Assembly (NCBI GenBank): GCA_963825135.1
Contig: CAWGRW010000009.1
Coordinates: forward strand, 576,001-640,000
Direction: 5' to 3'
DNA length: 64,000 nucleotides
Source: an uncultured bacterium
GTDB lineage: Bacteria; Desulfobacterota_D; UBA1144; Nemesobacterales; UBA2774
In this document: positions 1 to 10,266 of the stretch, piece after piece
Position numbering within the stretch: position 1 is the stretch's first letter
How the letters are laid out: every line of letters starts with the position of its first letter
Notes under the pieces: generated by a model
What the model was told of the DNA's origin: nothing
Database searches by the model: none
The model's input: the letters and a program-made list of their open reading frames with translations, nothing else
Made by a program: the position numbers and the translations under genes

Positions 1-90
1 AGACCGAGCGGGCCCTCCGCATATATTATATGCACATTATAAAGCCGCGTTTATGGGTGATATCCGGAACCGCAGGGGGGAACCCCGGCG

Positions 91-1284
91 TCAGCTCAGC
101 TTTTTGACCGCTTCCTCGATCCTGTCCATTCCCTTAATTATATTTTCCATGGACGTCGCGAAAGATATCCTCACGTGGTTGTCCGATCCGAACGAATCAC
201 CCGGGACTACGGCGACCTTCGCTTCGTCGAGCAGGAATTCAGTGAAATCCATCGAGCTGTTGATCGCTTTTCCGTTATATCGCTTGCCGAAAAATCCTGA
301 TATATTGGGGAAAGCGTAGAAGGCGCCCTGGGGGCTGAAACATTTTATCCCCGGAATAGAATTCAGCCTCTCGACTATATAGTTCTTCCTCTTTTCAAAC
401 TCCCGCGTCCTCTCCTCAATGATGTCGTGGGGACCCCTGTATGCTTCGAGGGCCGCCCACTGCGAGATGGATGTCGGGTTCGAAGTGGACTGTCCCTGGA
501 GCTTGCCCATCGCGTTTATTACATCCTTGTCGCCTGCGGCATAGCCTATCCTCCACCCGGTCATCGAATACGTCTTTGAAACCCCGTTGACGAGAATAGT
601 CGCTTTTTTTACGTCCTCTCCCAGAGCAGCTACGGGCGTGTGCTTCACGCCGTCATATATGATCTTGTCGTATATTTCGTCCGAGATGATTATAAGCCCC
701 GCTTCCATCGCCACGTCCACAATCCGTCTGAGCTCCACTTCGTTATAGGTAGCCCCTGTGGGGTTTGAAGGGTAATTAAGAATGAGCGCCCTCGTCCTGG
801 GGGTTATCAGCTTCCCGAGCTCGGCGGGGTCTATCTTGAAACCCTCATCCTCCTTCGTTTCGAGAATGACGGGAACAGCCCCAGCGAGCGTAATCTGCTC
901 CGGATAAGACACCCAGTATGGTGACGGTATTATCACCTCGTCCCCTTCCTCGAAAAGGGCCTGGGTAAGGTTATAGAGGGTATGTTTGGCGCCGTTTGAG
1001 ACTATTATTTCGGACTTCTGATACTCGAGCCCGTAGTCAAGCTTCATCCTGTTGATTATCGCTTCCTTGAGCTCGTCAATGCCGCCCACGGCCGTATACT
1101 TCGTAAAACCGGATCTGATGGCCTTAACCGCTTCTTCCTTCACATTCTCCGGACTGTCGAAATCGGGCTCGCCGGCTCCGAACCCTATAACGTCCACGCC
1201 TTGAGATTTGAGCGCCTTCTCCTTTGCAGTAATTGCGAGAGTCGCCGAAGGCTGCAACTTTTTCGCGCGCGCAGAGAGTTTCAT
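91..1284 (-). CDS. aspC: PLP-dependent class I/II aminotransferase (aspartate aminotransferase-like)
   Basis: GEPDF, NYPSNPTG, SDEIY and SKTYSMTGWRIG (PLP lysine) motifs; 397 aa. Confidence 0.88.
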   Translation of the reverse strand: MKLSARAKKLQPSATLAITAKEKALKSQGVDVIGFGAGEPDFDSPENVKEEAVKAIRSGFTKYTAVGGIDELKEAIINRMKLDYGLEYQKSEIIVSNGAKHTLYNLTQALFEEGDEVIIPSPYWVSYPEQITLAGAVPVILETKEDEGFKIDPAELGKLITPRTRALILNYPSNPTGATYNEVELRRIVDVAMEAGLIIISDEIYDKIIYDGVKHTPVAALGEDVKKATILVNGVSKTYSMTGWRIGYAAGDKDVINAMGKLQGQSTSNPTSISQWAALEAYRGPHDIIEERTREFEKRKNYIVERLNSIPGIKCFSPQGAFYAFPNISGFFGKRYNGKAINSSMDFTEFLLDEAKVAVVPGDSFGSDNHVRISFATSMENIIKGMDRIEEAVKKLS

Positions 1285-1289
1285 CTGAT

Positions 1290-1784
1290 TTAATCCCTCC
1301 CGACCTGTAATAGTTTTTCCTTAAGCTTGATTTCGACAATCTGCGGGACCATTTTCACGGCTGACCCGCCCAGGGATACGACTTCCCTGATCACGGACGA
1401 GCTTATATGCGAGAACTCGCTGTCGGTCACCATAAATACGGTCTCCAGCTCGGCACTGAGCGTCTTATTAGCGAGGGCCATCTGGAGCTCGTACTCGAAG
1501 TCAGATACGGTCCTCATTCCCCTGAGCACGATGTTCGTCCCCATTTTCTTCGCATAATCCACCAGCAGACCCCCGAAATAATCGATCCTTACGTCCTCAC
1601 GGCCGCGGAATATCTCATTCAGCAGCTCGACCCTTTCCTCGAGCGTAAATATCGTTTTCTTCGAAGTGTTATGCGCGACCGCCACGACGATCTGACCGAA
1701 CACCTTCACGCCCCGCTCAATAATATTCTGATGGCCCTTTGTGAAGGGGTCGAACGATCCCGGATATATGGCTACTTTACACAT
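1290..1784 (-). CDS. coaD: Phosphopantetheine adenylyltransferase
   Basis: YPGSFDPFTKGH, RGMR..SDFEYE and ISSS motifs; follows rsmD, the usual synteny. Confidence 0.96.
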   Translation of the reverse strand: MCKVAIYPGSFDPFTKGHQNIIERGVKVFGQIVVAVAHNTSKKTIFTLEERVELLNEIFRGREDVRIDYFGGLLVDYAKKMGTNIVLRGMRTVSDFEYELQMALANKTLSAELETVFMVTDSEFSHISSSVIREVVSLGGSAVKMVPQIVEIKLKEKLLQVGRD

Positions 1785-2332
1785 TCATCGCTCCTTCTGA
1801 AAAAACTGAGATGTGTGCCGCCGAACGGTTTTGTAAACCTCGCGAAACCCGGAGGCGCGTCGTTTATCTTGTGGTCGTGCTCAATAACCACGAGCCCTTT
1901 ATCCCCGAGCACGGGGGCGGCGCTCTGTATGAAATCCCCTACCTTGAGAACCTCGTAGAGCTTGTAGGGAGGGTCTATAAAAATGATATCGAACGTCTCG
2001 CCGTTGTTGCTCAGGACCTTAAGCGCATGGTCATAACCGGCGCACATCAGATCCGCGCGGTCGATAAATCCGCAATCAGTTAAATTCTGAATGAGTATCT
2101 TGAAGACGGAAGGGTCTTTCTCGATAAAAGTCACGTGAGAGGACCCGCGGCTGAGAGACTCGATCCCCAGACCTCCCGTGCCCGCGAATATATCCAGCAC
2201 CCTGAGACCCGAAATGTCCCCGAGCCTGTCGAACATCGATTTCTTCACCCTGCTCGTCGTAGGGCGTATCTTTTGACCCTTCGGGACCTTGAGTTTCCTG
2301 CCCTTGTGAGAACCTGTTAGCACCTGCAACAT
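1772..2332 (-). CDS. rsmD: 16S rRNA m2G966 methyltransferase
   Basis: RPTT, LDIFAGTGGLGIESLSRG and FIDPPY motifs. Confidence 0.93.
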   Translation of the reverse strand: MLQVLTGSHKGRKLKVPKGQKIRPTTSRVKKSMFDRLGDISGLRVLDIFAGTGGLGIESLSRGSSHVTFIEKDPSVFKILIQNLTDCGFIDRADLMCAGYDHALKVLSNNGETFDIIFIDPPYKLYEVLKVGDFIQSAAPVLGDKGLVVIEHDHKINDAPPGFARFTKPFGGTHLSFFRRSDECVK

Positions 2333-2414
2333 AAGGGTTCATATACTACCATAGCGGCCTTTTTTGGCAAAAACGTTATACGGATGGGTCTAAACGGAGG
2401 GCGGCGCGGCATTT

Positions 2415-3338
2415 CTAACCGAGCACGGCGCCCGGCTCTATCTTCCTTCCCGAAAGAAACGTCTTTGTGTCGAGCCTCTTTCCCCCCTCCGTCTGAAGCT
2501 CCAGAATATCGAGCGCTCCTTCCCCCGTCATGACCCGTAGAATTCCCTGCCCGGCAGCCAGCACCTCGCCGGGTTTCCCCTCCCCCTCCGACACCGCCGC
2601 TTTATAGAGCTTAAGCAGCTTACCGCCGGAAAATGTAAACGCCCCCGGCCAGGGGAGCATCCCCCTTATCAGGTTTCTTATGCCGCCCGCCGTATTATTC
2701 CAGTCTATCCTGCCGTCCTCTTTCTTCAGCATCGGCGCATACGTCGCGAGCGCATTATCCTGCTTGACGGGTACGAGATGTCCTTTCTTGAGCCCGGCGA
2801 TCGCCCGTAAGAGGAGCTCCGCCCCGGCGAGCGACAGCTTTTCGGTCAGGGTCTCCCCGGTGTCGTCGTACTCGATCGGGGTCTCCCGCGTAAGCAGTAT
2901 GTCCCCCGTATCCATCCCCTCGTCCATCCGCATGATGGTAACGCCCGTGACCGTCTCTCCGCGCGCGATGGCCCAATTTATGGGCGCGGCTCCCCTGTAT
3001 TTGGGGAGCAGGGAGGCGTGGACGTTAATGCAGCCATACTGCGGGAGTTCGAGCACGGCCTTGGGGAGAATCTTTCCGTAGGCCGCGACACATATGAGGT
3101 CCGGGCCCAGCGAAGCAAGCTCTCGCAAGAACCCTTCGGTTCTTATTCCCGGAGGCTGAAGAACCGGGATGCCGTGTTCTTCCGCGATTATCCTGGTCGG
3201 GGGCGGAGAGGGTTTGAGCCCCCTGCCCTTGGGCTTATCGGGCTGCGCCACGAGCGCGGCAACCTCGTCTTCAGACCCCAGCAATGCCTTTAACGAGGGC
3301 ACGGCGAACTCGGGCGTCCCCATGAATACGATCCTCAT
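2415..3338 (-). CDS. fmt: Methionyl-tRNA formyltransferase
   Basis: MRIVFMGTPEFA, INVHASLLPKYRGAAPI, MDEGMDTGD. Confidence 0.97.
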   Translation of the reverse strand: MRIVFMGTPEFAVPSLKALLGSEDEVAALVAQPDKPKGRGLKPSPPPTRIIAEEHGIPVLQPPGIRTEGFLRELASLGPDLICVAAYGKILPKAVLELPQYGCINVHASLLPKYRGAAPINWAIARGETVTGVTIMRMDEGMDTGDILLTRETPIEYDDTGETLTEKLSLAGAELLLRAIAGLKKGHLVPVKQDNALATYAPMLKKEDGRIDWNNTAGGIRNLIRGMLPWPGAFTFSGGKLLKLYKAAVSEGEGKPGEVLAAGQGILRVMTGEGALDILELQTEGGKRLDTKTFLSGRKIEPGAVLG

Positions 3339-3346
3339 GCATCTGG

Positions 3347-3375
3347 ATTATATTCACAAGAGTCCCTGTATTCAA
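3347..3375 (-). promoter_or_regulatory. sigma70-type promoter of fmt (leaderless or near-leaderless)
   Basis: TTGAAT-17 nt-TATAAT on the minus strand, 8 nt before the ATG, no SD. Confidence 0.65.
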
Positions 3376-3482
3376 ACTATATTACAGAGGTGTAATCGCA
3401 GGTACTCCGGCTTGAGAGAGAGGGGTAACAGTGTTATGCCCGTGCGATACGGATTGGGATTGAATTTGAACAGAGGCGGAAT

Positions 3483-4811
3483 TTATTGGCCGTTCTCTTC
3501 GGGCTTTTCCGAAACTGCCTTGGTGAACTCTTCGGTTATCCATTTTTTTATCCCTTCCTGAGACCCCTTGCCGATGAGCTTCCTGACATTCTTTAATGAG
3601 ATGACCGCCTTCGCTGCGGACCTGTGTCCGCCGGCGCTGCCGATGTCTTTGAACAATTCCCTCACGAGCCTGCCCGCGCTCTTTACATACCCGACGTTTC
3701 TCACCGATATAATGAGGTGCGAATTCGCCAGCGTCCCGAATGCGACCGACCACTCGATGCCCTTTACCTGAATACCGAAGTCGGCCATTTTCGGAATCAG
3801 GTATTCCCTTTCCACCTTGCCTACGCTGACGAAGAATATCTGATTCACTATCCAATGGTCGGCAAGCGCCTGCCCGAAAGACTTTATCTCGGACGGGGGG
3901 ACTTCCGCGCGCTCGATGCGTCTCAATAGGCCGAGGTTCGCGAGCGGGTAGAGGAACGTGAAAGCCTCGACGTCGTCCGGGTCAGCGTCCCTGTTCAGCA
4001 TGACGGTATCCGTTTTGATTCCGTAGAGAAGCGCCGTCGCAAGCCTCTCCGATATATCGGTCTGGGACGCCCTCAGGTACTTAGTAAGAATCGTGGAGGT
4101 CGCTCCCTCCTCGGTCCTGATTTCCTTGAACCTCGCATCGTAAGAGCCGACAAGGGGGTGGTGGTCTATAACCGTATCCACAGGCGGCAGCTCCAAACCG
4201 AAAAACGGGGGCTGCACATCGAGGAGCGCGATCGAATCGAAGTCCCTGAGGTCTTCTACGCCAAGCTCCTGCAAATCAATTTCGAGGAGTTCTATCATTG
4301 CTACGTTTTCAGGACGGGAGATCTTATCCCCGAGATGGCCTATGATCGCGGTCTGTTTATTCCGCTTGAGGAGCGCCCTCAGCGCAAGCGCGCTCGCGAT
4401 CGAGTCGGGGTCAGGATGGTCGTGGAGCAGTATGAGCATCTTCTTCGCGTTGGCGTGGACTTTCCTGAGCTCGTCCACACGCAAGTCCGTCCTGGCGAGC
4501 TTTTCTTCGCGGGCTATCTCTTCGGACAGCAGTTTATGAAAGGCTACGAACCGCACGGACGGCGGAGGCTCTTCTTTCTGCTCACCGTTACTGACTATGA
4601 TCGGCGTCTGGGGATAATGCGCGGTCAGCTCCTTTGTAATCTCGGGAGTAAAAGAGCCGCTCTCAATCATGATTATGGAAAAATTGCCGGTCTGGTTGAG
4701 GGCTTCCTCGATCGAGCTCACCCAAATTACCTCGCCCCTTTTGGAGAAAAGCCCGAGTAGGAAGGAATCGAAATCCCCAATGAAAAGATAACGTCTGAGT
4801 TCCTTCGGCAT
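3483..4811 (-). CDS. DHH/DHHA1-family phosphoesterase with an N-terminal extra domain
   Basis: HPDPDS, IDHH, GIKTDT and SAGGH motifs; start overlaps the trpA stop (TAATG). Confidence 0.85.
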   Translation of the reverse strand: MPKELRRYLFIGDFDSFLLGLFSKRGEVIWVSSIEEALNQTGNFSIIMIESGSFTPEITKELTAHYPQTPIIVSNGEQKEEPPPSVRFVAFHKLLSEEIAREEKLARTDLRVDELRKVHANAKKMLILLHDHPDPDSIASALALRALLKRNKQTAIIGHLGDKISRPENVAMIELLEIDLQELGVEDLRDFDSIALLDVQPPFFGLELPPVDTVIDHHPLVGSYDARFKEIRTEEGATSTILTKYLRASQTDISERLATALLYGIKTDTVMLNRDADPDDVEAFTFLYPLANLGLLRRIERAEVPPSEIKSFGQALADHWIVNQIFFVSVGKVEREYLIPKMADFGIQVKGIEWSVAFGTLANSHLIISVRNVGYVKSAGRLVRELFKDIGSAGGHRSAAKAVISLKNVRKLIGKGSQEGIKKWITEEFTKAVSEKPEENGQ

Positions 4812-5644
4812 TATGTATCAGCCCTGCTCGGGGATCTTTCACCCCTGCTGCCGCATGCCCCGCTCAAGCCGCTAACGAACCCGGAGAGCTCGTCAAATAA
4901 TTCTTTCTTCCTTTCACCGTGCTTTTCTATGATTCGGACTATCGCGCTCCCTACAATAACGGCGTCGGCATAGCCCGCGATTTTCGATACCTGCTCCGGC
5001 GAGGATATGCCGAACCCCACCCCTACGGGGAGCTTCGTCGAGCGCCTTATCTCCGACGTGAGGTCTTCGAGCGAATATTCCATACCGGGCCTGACGCCCG
5101 TAATGCCGGTAACCGAAACCAGATATACGAAACCGCTCGCGTTTTTAGTTACGAGACCGATCCTATCGCCCGTGCTCGTCGGAGCGAGGAGAAAAATGAA
5201 ATCGAGACCCGCCTTATCCGTGTAAACCTTGAATTCGCCCGCCTCTTCGGGAGGGAGGTCAACGGCGAGAACACCGTCGGCCCCCGCTTCCGCGGCGTCT
5301 TTGGAGAACCTTTCCAGCCCGTATTTAAAATAAGGATTATAGTAGCCGAAAAGGATTATGGGTATCTCGGATTTTTTCCTTATGCGCTTGACTATCTCCA
5401 GAACCGTCTTGAGGGTCGTGCCCTTTTTGAGGGCCCTTTCAGAGGCGAGCTGGATAACCGGCCCGTCCGCCATGGGGTCCGAGAACGGGACGCCCAGCTC
5501 GATTATGTCTGCCCCGCTCTCCTCGAGCTTGAGCACCAGGTCGGCCGTCAATTCGGGCGACGGGTCTCCCGCCGTAACGTAATTGACCAGAGCGATCCTG
5601 TTCTTCTTTTTCAGCTCTTTGAACTTATCGGCTATTCTGCTCAT
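4811..5644 (-). CDS. trpA: Tryptophan synthase alpha chain
   Basis: IELGVPFSDPMADGPVIQ, GFGIS, VIVGSA. Confidence 0.97.
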   Translation of the reverse strand: MSRIADKFKELKKKNRIALVNYVTAGDPSPELTADLVLKLEESGADIIELGVPFSDPMADGPVIQLASERALKKGTTLKTVLEIVKRIRKKSEIPIILFGYYNPYFKYGLERFSKDAAEAGADGVLAVDLPPEEAGEFKVYTDKAGLDFIFLLAPTSTGDRIGLVTKNASGFVYLVSVTGITGVRPGMEYSLEDLTSEIRRSTKLPVGVGFGISSPEQVSKIAGYADAVIVGSAIVRIIEKHGERKKELFDELSGFVSGLSGACGSRGERSPSRADT

Positions 5645-5787
5645 GTGTTTTGGAGGTGGAATTAAAATGAGGTCAGCTGACAGTAATTTCTTCCCGGACC
5701 ACAGCTTTTTTTGAAGGTCATTTCGAAGATATAATCGCTAATTTAAAAGTAAGGAAACCCGCCCCGTAACTAAAGATTATGGGACAC

Positions 5788-5815
5788 AATCTAACACCTC
5801 CGGGTCTAAAGTCAA
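5788..5815 (-). promoter_or_regulatory. Putative internal promoter upstream of trpA
   Basis: TTGACT-16 nt-TAGATT with a TG extension, in the 248-bp trpB-trpA gap. Confidence 0.45.
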
Positions 5816-5892
5816 GATTGGGCACGGGAGCCCGGCCGTAGGCAAACTCATGGGACGTCATAATCCGAGGATCGCGGAATTTGCAATAATAT

Positions 5893-7101
5893 TCATTGTT
5901 TTATGCCCTTTACAAGGATATCGGAAACGGTGTTGATGTCCTTGTCCCCCCTCCCCGAGAGGCATATAATAATTACCGAATCCCCGGGCATTCCGGGCGC
6001 GACCTTTCTCGCGTAGGCGATGGCGTGTGATGACTCGAGCGCCGGGATTATCCCCTCCATCCGGGAGAGGTATTTGAATCCTTCGAGGGCTTCAGAGTCC
6101 GTAACGTTCGTGTAGGCAACCCTCCCCGTATCACTCAGATACGAATGCTCGGGGCCGACGCCCGGGTAATCGAGACCCGGGGCTATGGAATGAGTCCCCA
6201 GGACCTGCCCGTTTTCGTCCTGAAGCAGATAGGTCTTGCTGCCGTGGAGAACCCCGACTGTTCCGCTGGAGATAGTTGCCGAGTGGCGCCCCGACTCCAG
6301 GCCGCTTCCGGCGGCCTCGACTCCCGTCATTTTAACCTTTTCATCGCCGAGGAACGGGTAGAAGAGACCCATGGCATTTGAGCCCCCGCCCACACAGGCG
6401 ATGAGGAGATCGGGCAGGCACTTCTCTTTCTCCAGTATCTGCTCCCTCGCCTCACTGCCTATGACCGACTGGAAGTCCCTGACCATCATGGGATAGGGAT
6501 GAGGTCCCGCCACGCTGCCTATTATATAAAAAGTGTCCCTTACGTTAGTGATCCAGTCCCTCATTGCCTCGTTCATCGCGTCTTTAAGCGTCTGAGTCCC
6601 CTGTGTCACCTCCCTCACCGTCGCGCCCAGGAGTTTCATGCGCGTTACGTTGAGCGCCTGACGTCTCGTATCCTCAAGCCCCATGAATATCTCGCATTCC
6701 ATGTCGAGGAGCGCCGCGACTGTCGCCGTTGCCACGCCGTGTTGTCCCGCCCCTGTCTCGGCGATTATCCTCTTCTTCCCCATCCGTGACGCAAGGAGCG
6801 CCTGGCCTATTGTGTTGTTTATCTTGTGAGCGCCCGTGTGCGCGAGGTCCTCGCGCTTGAGATAAATCCTCGCTCCCCCGAGGTCCTTCGTCATCCGCTC
6901 GGCGAAATAAAGCGGCGTCGGACGTCCGACGTATTCCTTCAGATAGAAATCGAGCTCCTTTTTGAACTCCGGGTCGTCTTTAATTTCGAGATACGCCTTT
7001 TCGAGCTGCAGTATCGCGGGCATCAGGGTTTCCGAGACATACCTGCCGCCGAATATGCCGAAATGCCCCGATTCGTCCGGCATTACAGGTCTAACCGCCA
7101 T
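5893..7101 (-). CDS. trpB: Tryptophan synthase beta chain
   Basis: [36 protein letters not shown]. Confidence 0.98.
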   Translation of the reverse strand: MAVRPVMPDESGHFGIFGGRYVSETLMPAILQLEKAYLEIKDDPEFKKELDFYLKEYVGRPTPLYFAERMTKDLGGARIYLKREDLAHTGAHKINNTIGQALLASRMGKKRIIAETGAGQHGVATATVAALLDMECEIFMGLEDTRRQALNVTRMKLLGATVREVTQGTQTLKDAMNEAMRDWITNVRDTFYIIGSVAGPHPYPMMVRDFQSVIGSEAREQILEKEKCLPDLLIACVGGGSNAMGLFYPFLGDEKVKMTGVEAAGSGLESGRHSATISSGTVGVLHGSKTYLLQDENGQVLGTHSIAPGLDYPGVGPEHSYLSDTGRVAYTNVTDSEALEGFKYLSRMEGIIPALESSHAIAYARKVAPGMPGDSVIIICLSGRGDKDINTVSDILVKGIKQ

Positions 7102-7705
7102 TTTTCACCGCCTCGATAAATTTTCTCATCTTCATATGATTCTTTTTCCCCGGCGAGTCTTCCACGCCCGTGCTCACGTCGACCCCGTACGGCTCGACCG
7201 TTTCTATGGCGCGGATCACGTTTTCCGGGGTCAATCCCCCGGATAAAATAATCTTTTTCGATATTTGAATATCCTTTAATACCGCCCAGTCGAAGCTCGA
7301 ACCCGTCCCCCCGTACATTTCATCGGTGTGCTTATCAAAGAGGATAGCCCGAACCGGATAAAGTTCAACACGTTCCGTATCCACAGTGTCCTTCACCCTG
7401 ACCGCCTTTATCAATTTATAAGGGAGCCCTGCGCAGAACTCCGGGGTCTCGTCACCGTGGAGCTGTACTGTATCGATGCCCGACGCCTCGGCCGCTCCCT
7501 TTACCTCGCTGGCGCTCTGGTTCACGAAGACACCGACTGAAGAGACGAACGGAGGCAGTGAGGAGATTATCCGACCGGCGTCGCGGGGGTCTATATACCT
7601 CTTGCTGCCCTTATAAAATATAAAACCCAGCGCGTCCGCGCCCAGCTCCGCAGCCTGAAGAGCGTCCGCTGTATTCGTAATTCCACACACCTTTACTCTT
7701 GTCAT
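7091..7705 (-). CDS. trpF: Phosphoribosylanthranilate isomerase
   Basis: [30 protein letters not shown]. Confidence 0.96.
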   Translation of the reverse strand: MTRVKVCGITNTADALQAAELGADALGFIFYKGSKRYIDPRDAGRIISSLPPFVSSVGVFVNQSASEVKGAAEASGIDTVQLHGDETPEFCAGLPYKLIKAVRVKDTVDTERVELYPVRAILFDKHTDEMYGGTGSSFDWAVLKDIQISKKIILSGGLTPENVIRAIETVEPYGVDVSTGVEDSPGKKNHMKMRKFIEAVKNGG

Positions 7706-7716
7706 AGGAATGGAAA

Positions 7717-7745
7717 ATTATAAAAGCACAATCCGCTTATGTAAA
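7717..7745 (-). promoter_or_regulatory. sigma70-type promoter of trpF-trpB
   Basis: TTTACA-17 nt-TATAAT, 11 nt before the ATG, no SD. Confidence 0.6.
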
Positions 7746-7771
7746 ACGGCCTGCTCCGCCGTTACCACTCT

Positions 7772-8884
7772 TTAAAAGGCATCCAGATAACGTTTAACCG
7801 ACTCGGCAATGATCCTGTACCCGTTGCCGTTCTCGTGCCCGCCGAAGTTGTTGGGGTATATCTGCTCCGCGCCCGCGCTCCGGCTGAGCGGGGCTAAAGC
7901 GTCGACATACCGGATATGGCGCTCGTCGAAATACTTTTTTACCTCTTTATCCACAGTCCTCTCGCTCCCGATGAGATAATCGATTTTATCGGAGGCAGGG
8001 AGGGTTTTGTTCCCCTCGATGTACCCGGCGAATACGCTCTCCTTGGTGGGTATGATGAGGACAATAAATTCGATATCGTTTTTTTGCGCGAGCTCATTCA
8101 TCCGGTCGAAGAATTCGAGGCTCAGCCGAAGCCCTTCTCTTATGTCGGCTCTACCGAGATCAAGCCCCCTGAGCCTGCGGTCAGGCGTAAACCCGGTGCT
8201 GACGCCGTTTTTTTCGTCCTCGAGCATGACTATCTGCTCGCCCCTCTTCATCCTCCTCGACTGCCTGAGGTTGTCTCCGATGAATGAAGAGCTCACGAGC
8301 CTGTAAAGAACGCTGTTCGCGGCGAGCCAGTCCCCTGCGCCGTATGAGAAACCGTCCTCGTCTTCCGGTTCCCCGGTCTCGGGTAAAGATTCATATTCCG
8401 GCTTCCTCAGACCGCTCCACCTGTCGACAGTATAGACGGCGGTGAAAGAGTCTTTGACGTCGTTACCGAGATAAAACCCCGCGATAATAATCTTCGGACG
8501 GAGCGCAAGAGCCTCCGTTTCCATGAGATAAAGATATTCCGCGGGGCCGTAGCCCCCTAGCGATATATTATATACCGTCTTACCCGTCATTCTTTCAAGC
8601 GCCCCGGGCCAGGATTCGCTCGCCCTGGCGCTGATTCCGTACGTGTGCGAATCGCCAATGGCTACGATTTCGGCAGTGTCGGGCACAGACTTGTTCCTGT
8701 ATCCGAGCCTGTCGTGCGCCCCTGTCCCGGGCTCGATCCTGTACCTGAGCACGTCGTCGGGCACTCTGCGGGGCCTGAGAAAATCAATCGGATCGAAAAC
8801 GATCCTGGAAATACCCTCGGCCGCGAGGATCGATACGAGCAATGATATAAGGATGAGAGCGAAAACCTTGAGATGTCTGTCCAA
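7772..8884 (-). CDS. Membrane-anchored SGNH/GDSL-fold protein (AlgX/AlgJ-like)
   Basis: N-terminal TM helix; AIGDSHT block I, N.SLGGYG, GND, C-terminal GGHENG.GY. Confidence 0.75.
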   Translation of the reverse strand: MDRHLKVFALILISLLVSILAAEGISRIVFDPIDFLRPRRVPDDVLRYRIEPGTGAHDRLGYRNKSVPDTAEIVAIGDSHTYGISARASESWPGALERMTGKTVYNISLGGYGPAEYLYLMETEALALRPKIIIAGFYLGNDVKDSFTAVYTVDRWSGLRKPEYESLPETGEPEDEDGFSYGAGDWLAANSVLYRLVSSSFIGDNLRQSRRMKRGEQIVMLEDEKNGVSTGFTPDRRLRGLDLGRADIREGLRLSLEFFDRMNELAQKNDIEFIVLIIPTKESVFAGYIEGNKTLPASDKIDYLIGSERTVDKEVKKYFDERHIRYVDALAPLSRSAGAEQIYPNNFGGHENGNGYRIIAESVKRYLDAF

Positions 8885-9144
8885 TATAAGCGAAACCTCG
8901 CTGCCGAAACGGCTTCCCCCGGAAAAATGAGAGCAATCAGTGGGGACGCATATTACCGGAACCGGCCATCAGCATTTAAATATTCCGGATTTCCAGTAAT
9001 ATAATCCAGGAAAAAGCCCGACACAATCAGCGGACGGACGCGAATCACCGATTAAAGTTATGCTATCATATTCAGCCGTGCCGCTCTCAGAAATCCGGGA
9101 AACTTGAGAAACCGCGCATATCAATTTCAAGCCGGGAGCAAAGT

Positions 9145-10257
9145 ATGAACAAAACCGAGAACACGCGGTCCGTCAAGCAAAAGCTGTATCTTGTACTGAT
9201 CAGCGTAATATTCACCCTCATCGTTCTCGAAATCGCCACCCGTGTCTGGCTCGGGTTCATCGCCCCCGAGGACGTGGGACTCGAGTATTCGCTCTACTCA
9301 TACCTTAGCCCCGACAACCAGAGATACTCACGCCACCAATATCTGAACTATTACCCGAACCCGGAATACCGCAGGGGGAAGACCTCACATAACTCCCTCG
9401 GCTATAGAAACGACGAGTTCCCTGTGAAGAAGCCGGAAGGGGCTTTCAGGATTGTGCTGTTAGGCGGGTCCACGACGTACAACATCGGAATAGACGATAA
9501 TAAAAAGACCTGGGCCGCGCAGCTGGAGAGGATACTGAGAGATAAATACGGGTATAAAAACGTTGAGGTGATAAACGCGGGAGTTGGCGGATATAATTCC
9601 TGGGAAACCCTTATCAACCTCGAGTTCAGGGTGCTCGACCTGGATCCCGATCTGATAATAGAGTACGAGGGGACGAACGACGTGCACGCGAGATTCGTGG
9701 ACCCCGCTTCATACAGAGGGGACGATTCCGGACGGAGAAAGCAGTGGGACCCGCCGTCGATTTTCTTCCTCGAGCACAGCGCTCTATTCAGGGTGATACT
9801 GAGGAAGCTGGGCGTAACGCACCAGGTCGGAATAGGGAACTTCGTAACCCCAAAAACCGCCTACGGACCCAATTCCGTGAAGAAACACAATCCGATGGAG
9901 CTCCTGGAAAAGAACCCGCCTATTTATTTCAGACGCAATCTGAACAACATGGTCGCCATAGCGAAGGCGAACGGGGCCGATATTATGTTCTCGACATGGG
10001 CGTACTCCCCTTATCTCGACGACTACGCGTCGAAACCTTATTATCAGAAAGGGTTTGAAGAGAACAACGAGGTCGTCAGGGAGGTCGCTCTCAGCGACGG
10101 CATCCCGCTCTTCGATTTCGCGTCGGTAATGCCCAAAGACGAGAAATACTGGCACGACGGCCGGCATGTCAATGCCCTGGGTGCGGAAAAAATGGCCGGG
10201 CTATTCGCGGAATACCTCAATGGCAACGGTCTTATAAAACGGCAGAGCCGTAAATAA
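9145..10257 (+). CDS. Membrane-anchored SGNH/GDSL hydrolase
   Basis: N-terminal TM helix; LLGGSTT, VINAGVGG, GTND, DGRH. Confidence 0.85.
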   Translation: MNKTENTRSVKQKLYLVLISVIFTLIVLEIATRVWLGFIAPEDVGLEYSLYSYLSPDNQRYSRHQYLNYYPNPEYRRGKTSHNSLGYRNDEFPVKKPEGAFRIVLLGGSTTYNIGIDDNKKTWAAQLERILRDKYGYKNVEVINAGVGGYNSWETLINLEFRVLDLDPDLIIEYEGTNDVHARFVDPASYRGDDSGRRKQWDPPSIFFLEHSALFRVILRKLGVTHQVGIGNFVTPKTAYGPNSVKKHNPMELLEKNPPIYFRRNLNNMVAIAKANGADIMFSTWAYSPYLDDYASKPYYQKGFEENNEVVREVALSDGIPLFDFASVMPKDEKYWHDGRHVNALGAEKMAGLFAEYLNGNGLIKRQSRK

Positions 10258-10266
10258 AAGACCGCC

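Noticed and set aside
19..33. Palindrome GCATATA-T-TATATGC
   Set aside because: Could be an operator for a gene outside the window; cannot be assessed here.
5838..5870. GGCAAAC...GGGACG resembling a c-di-GMP-I riboswitch
   Set aside because: No GNRA-capped stem or receptor helix, and it points antisense to trpB.
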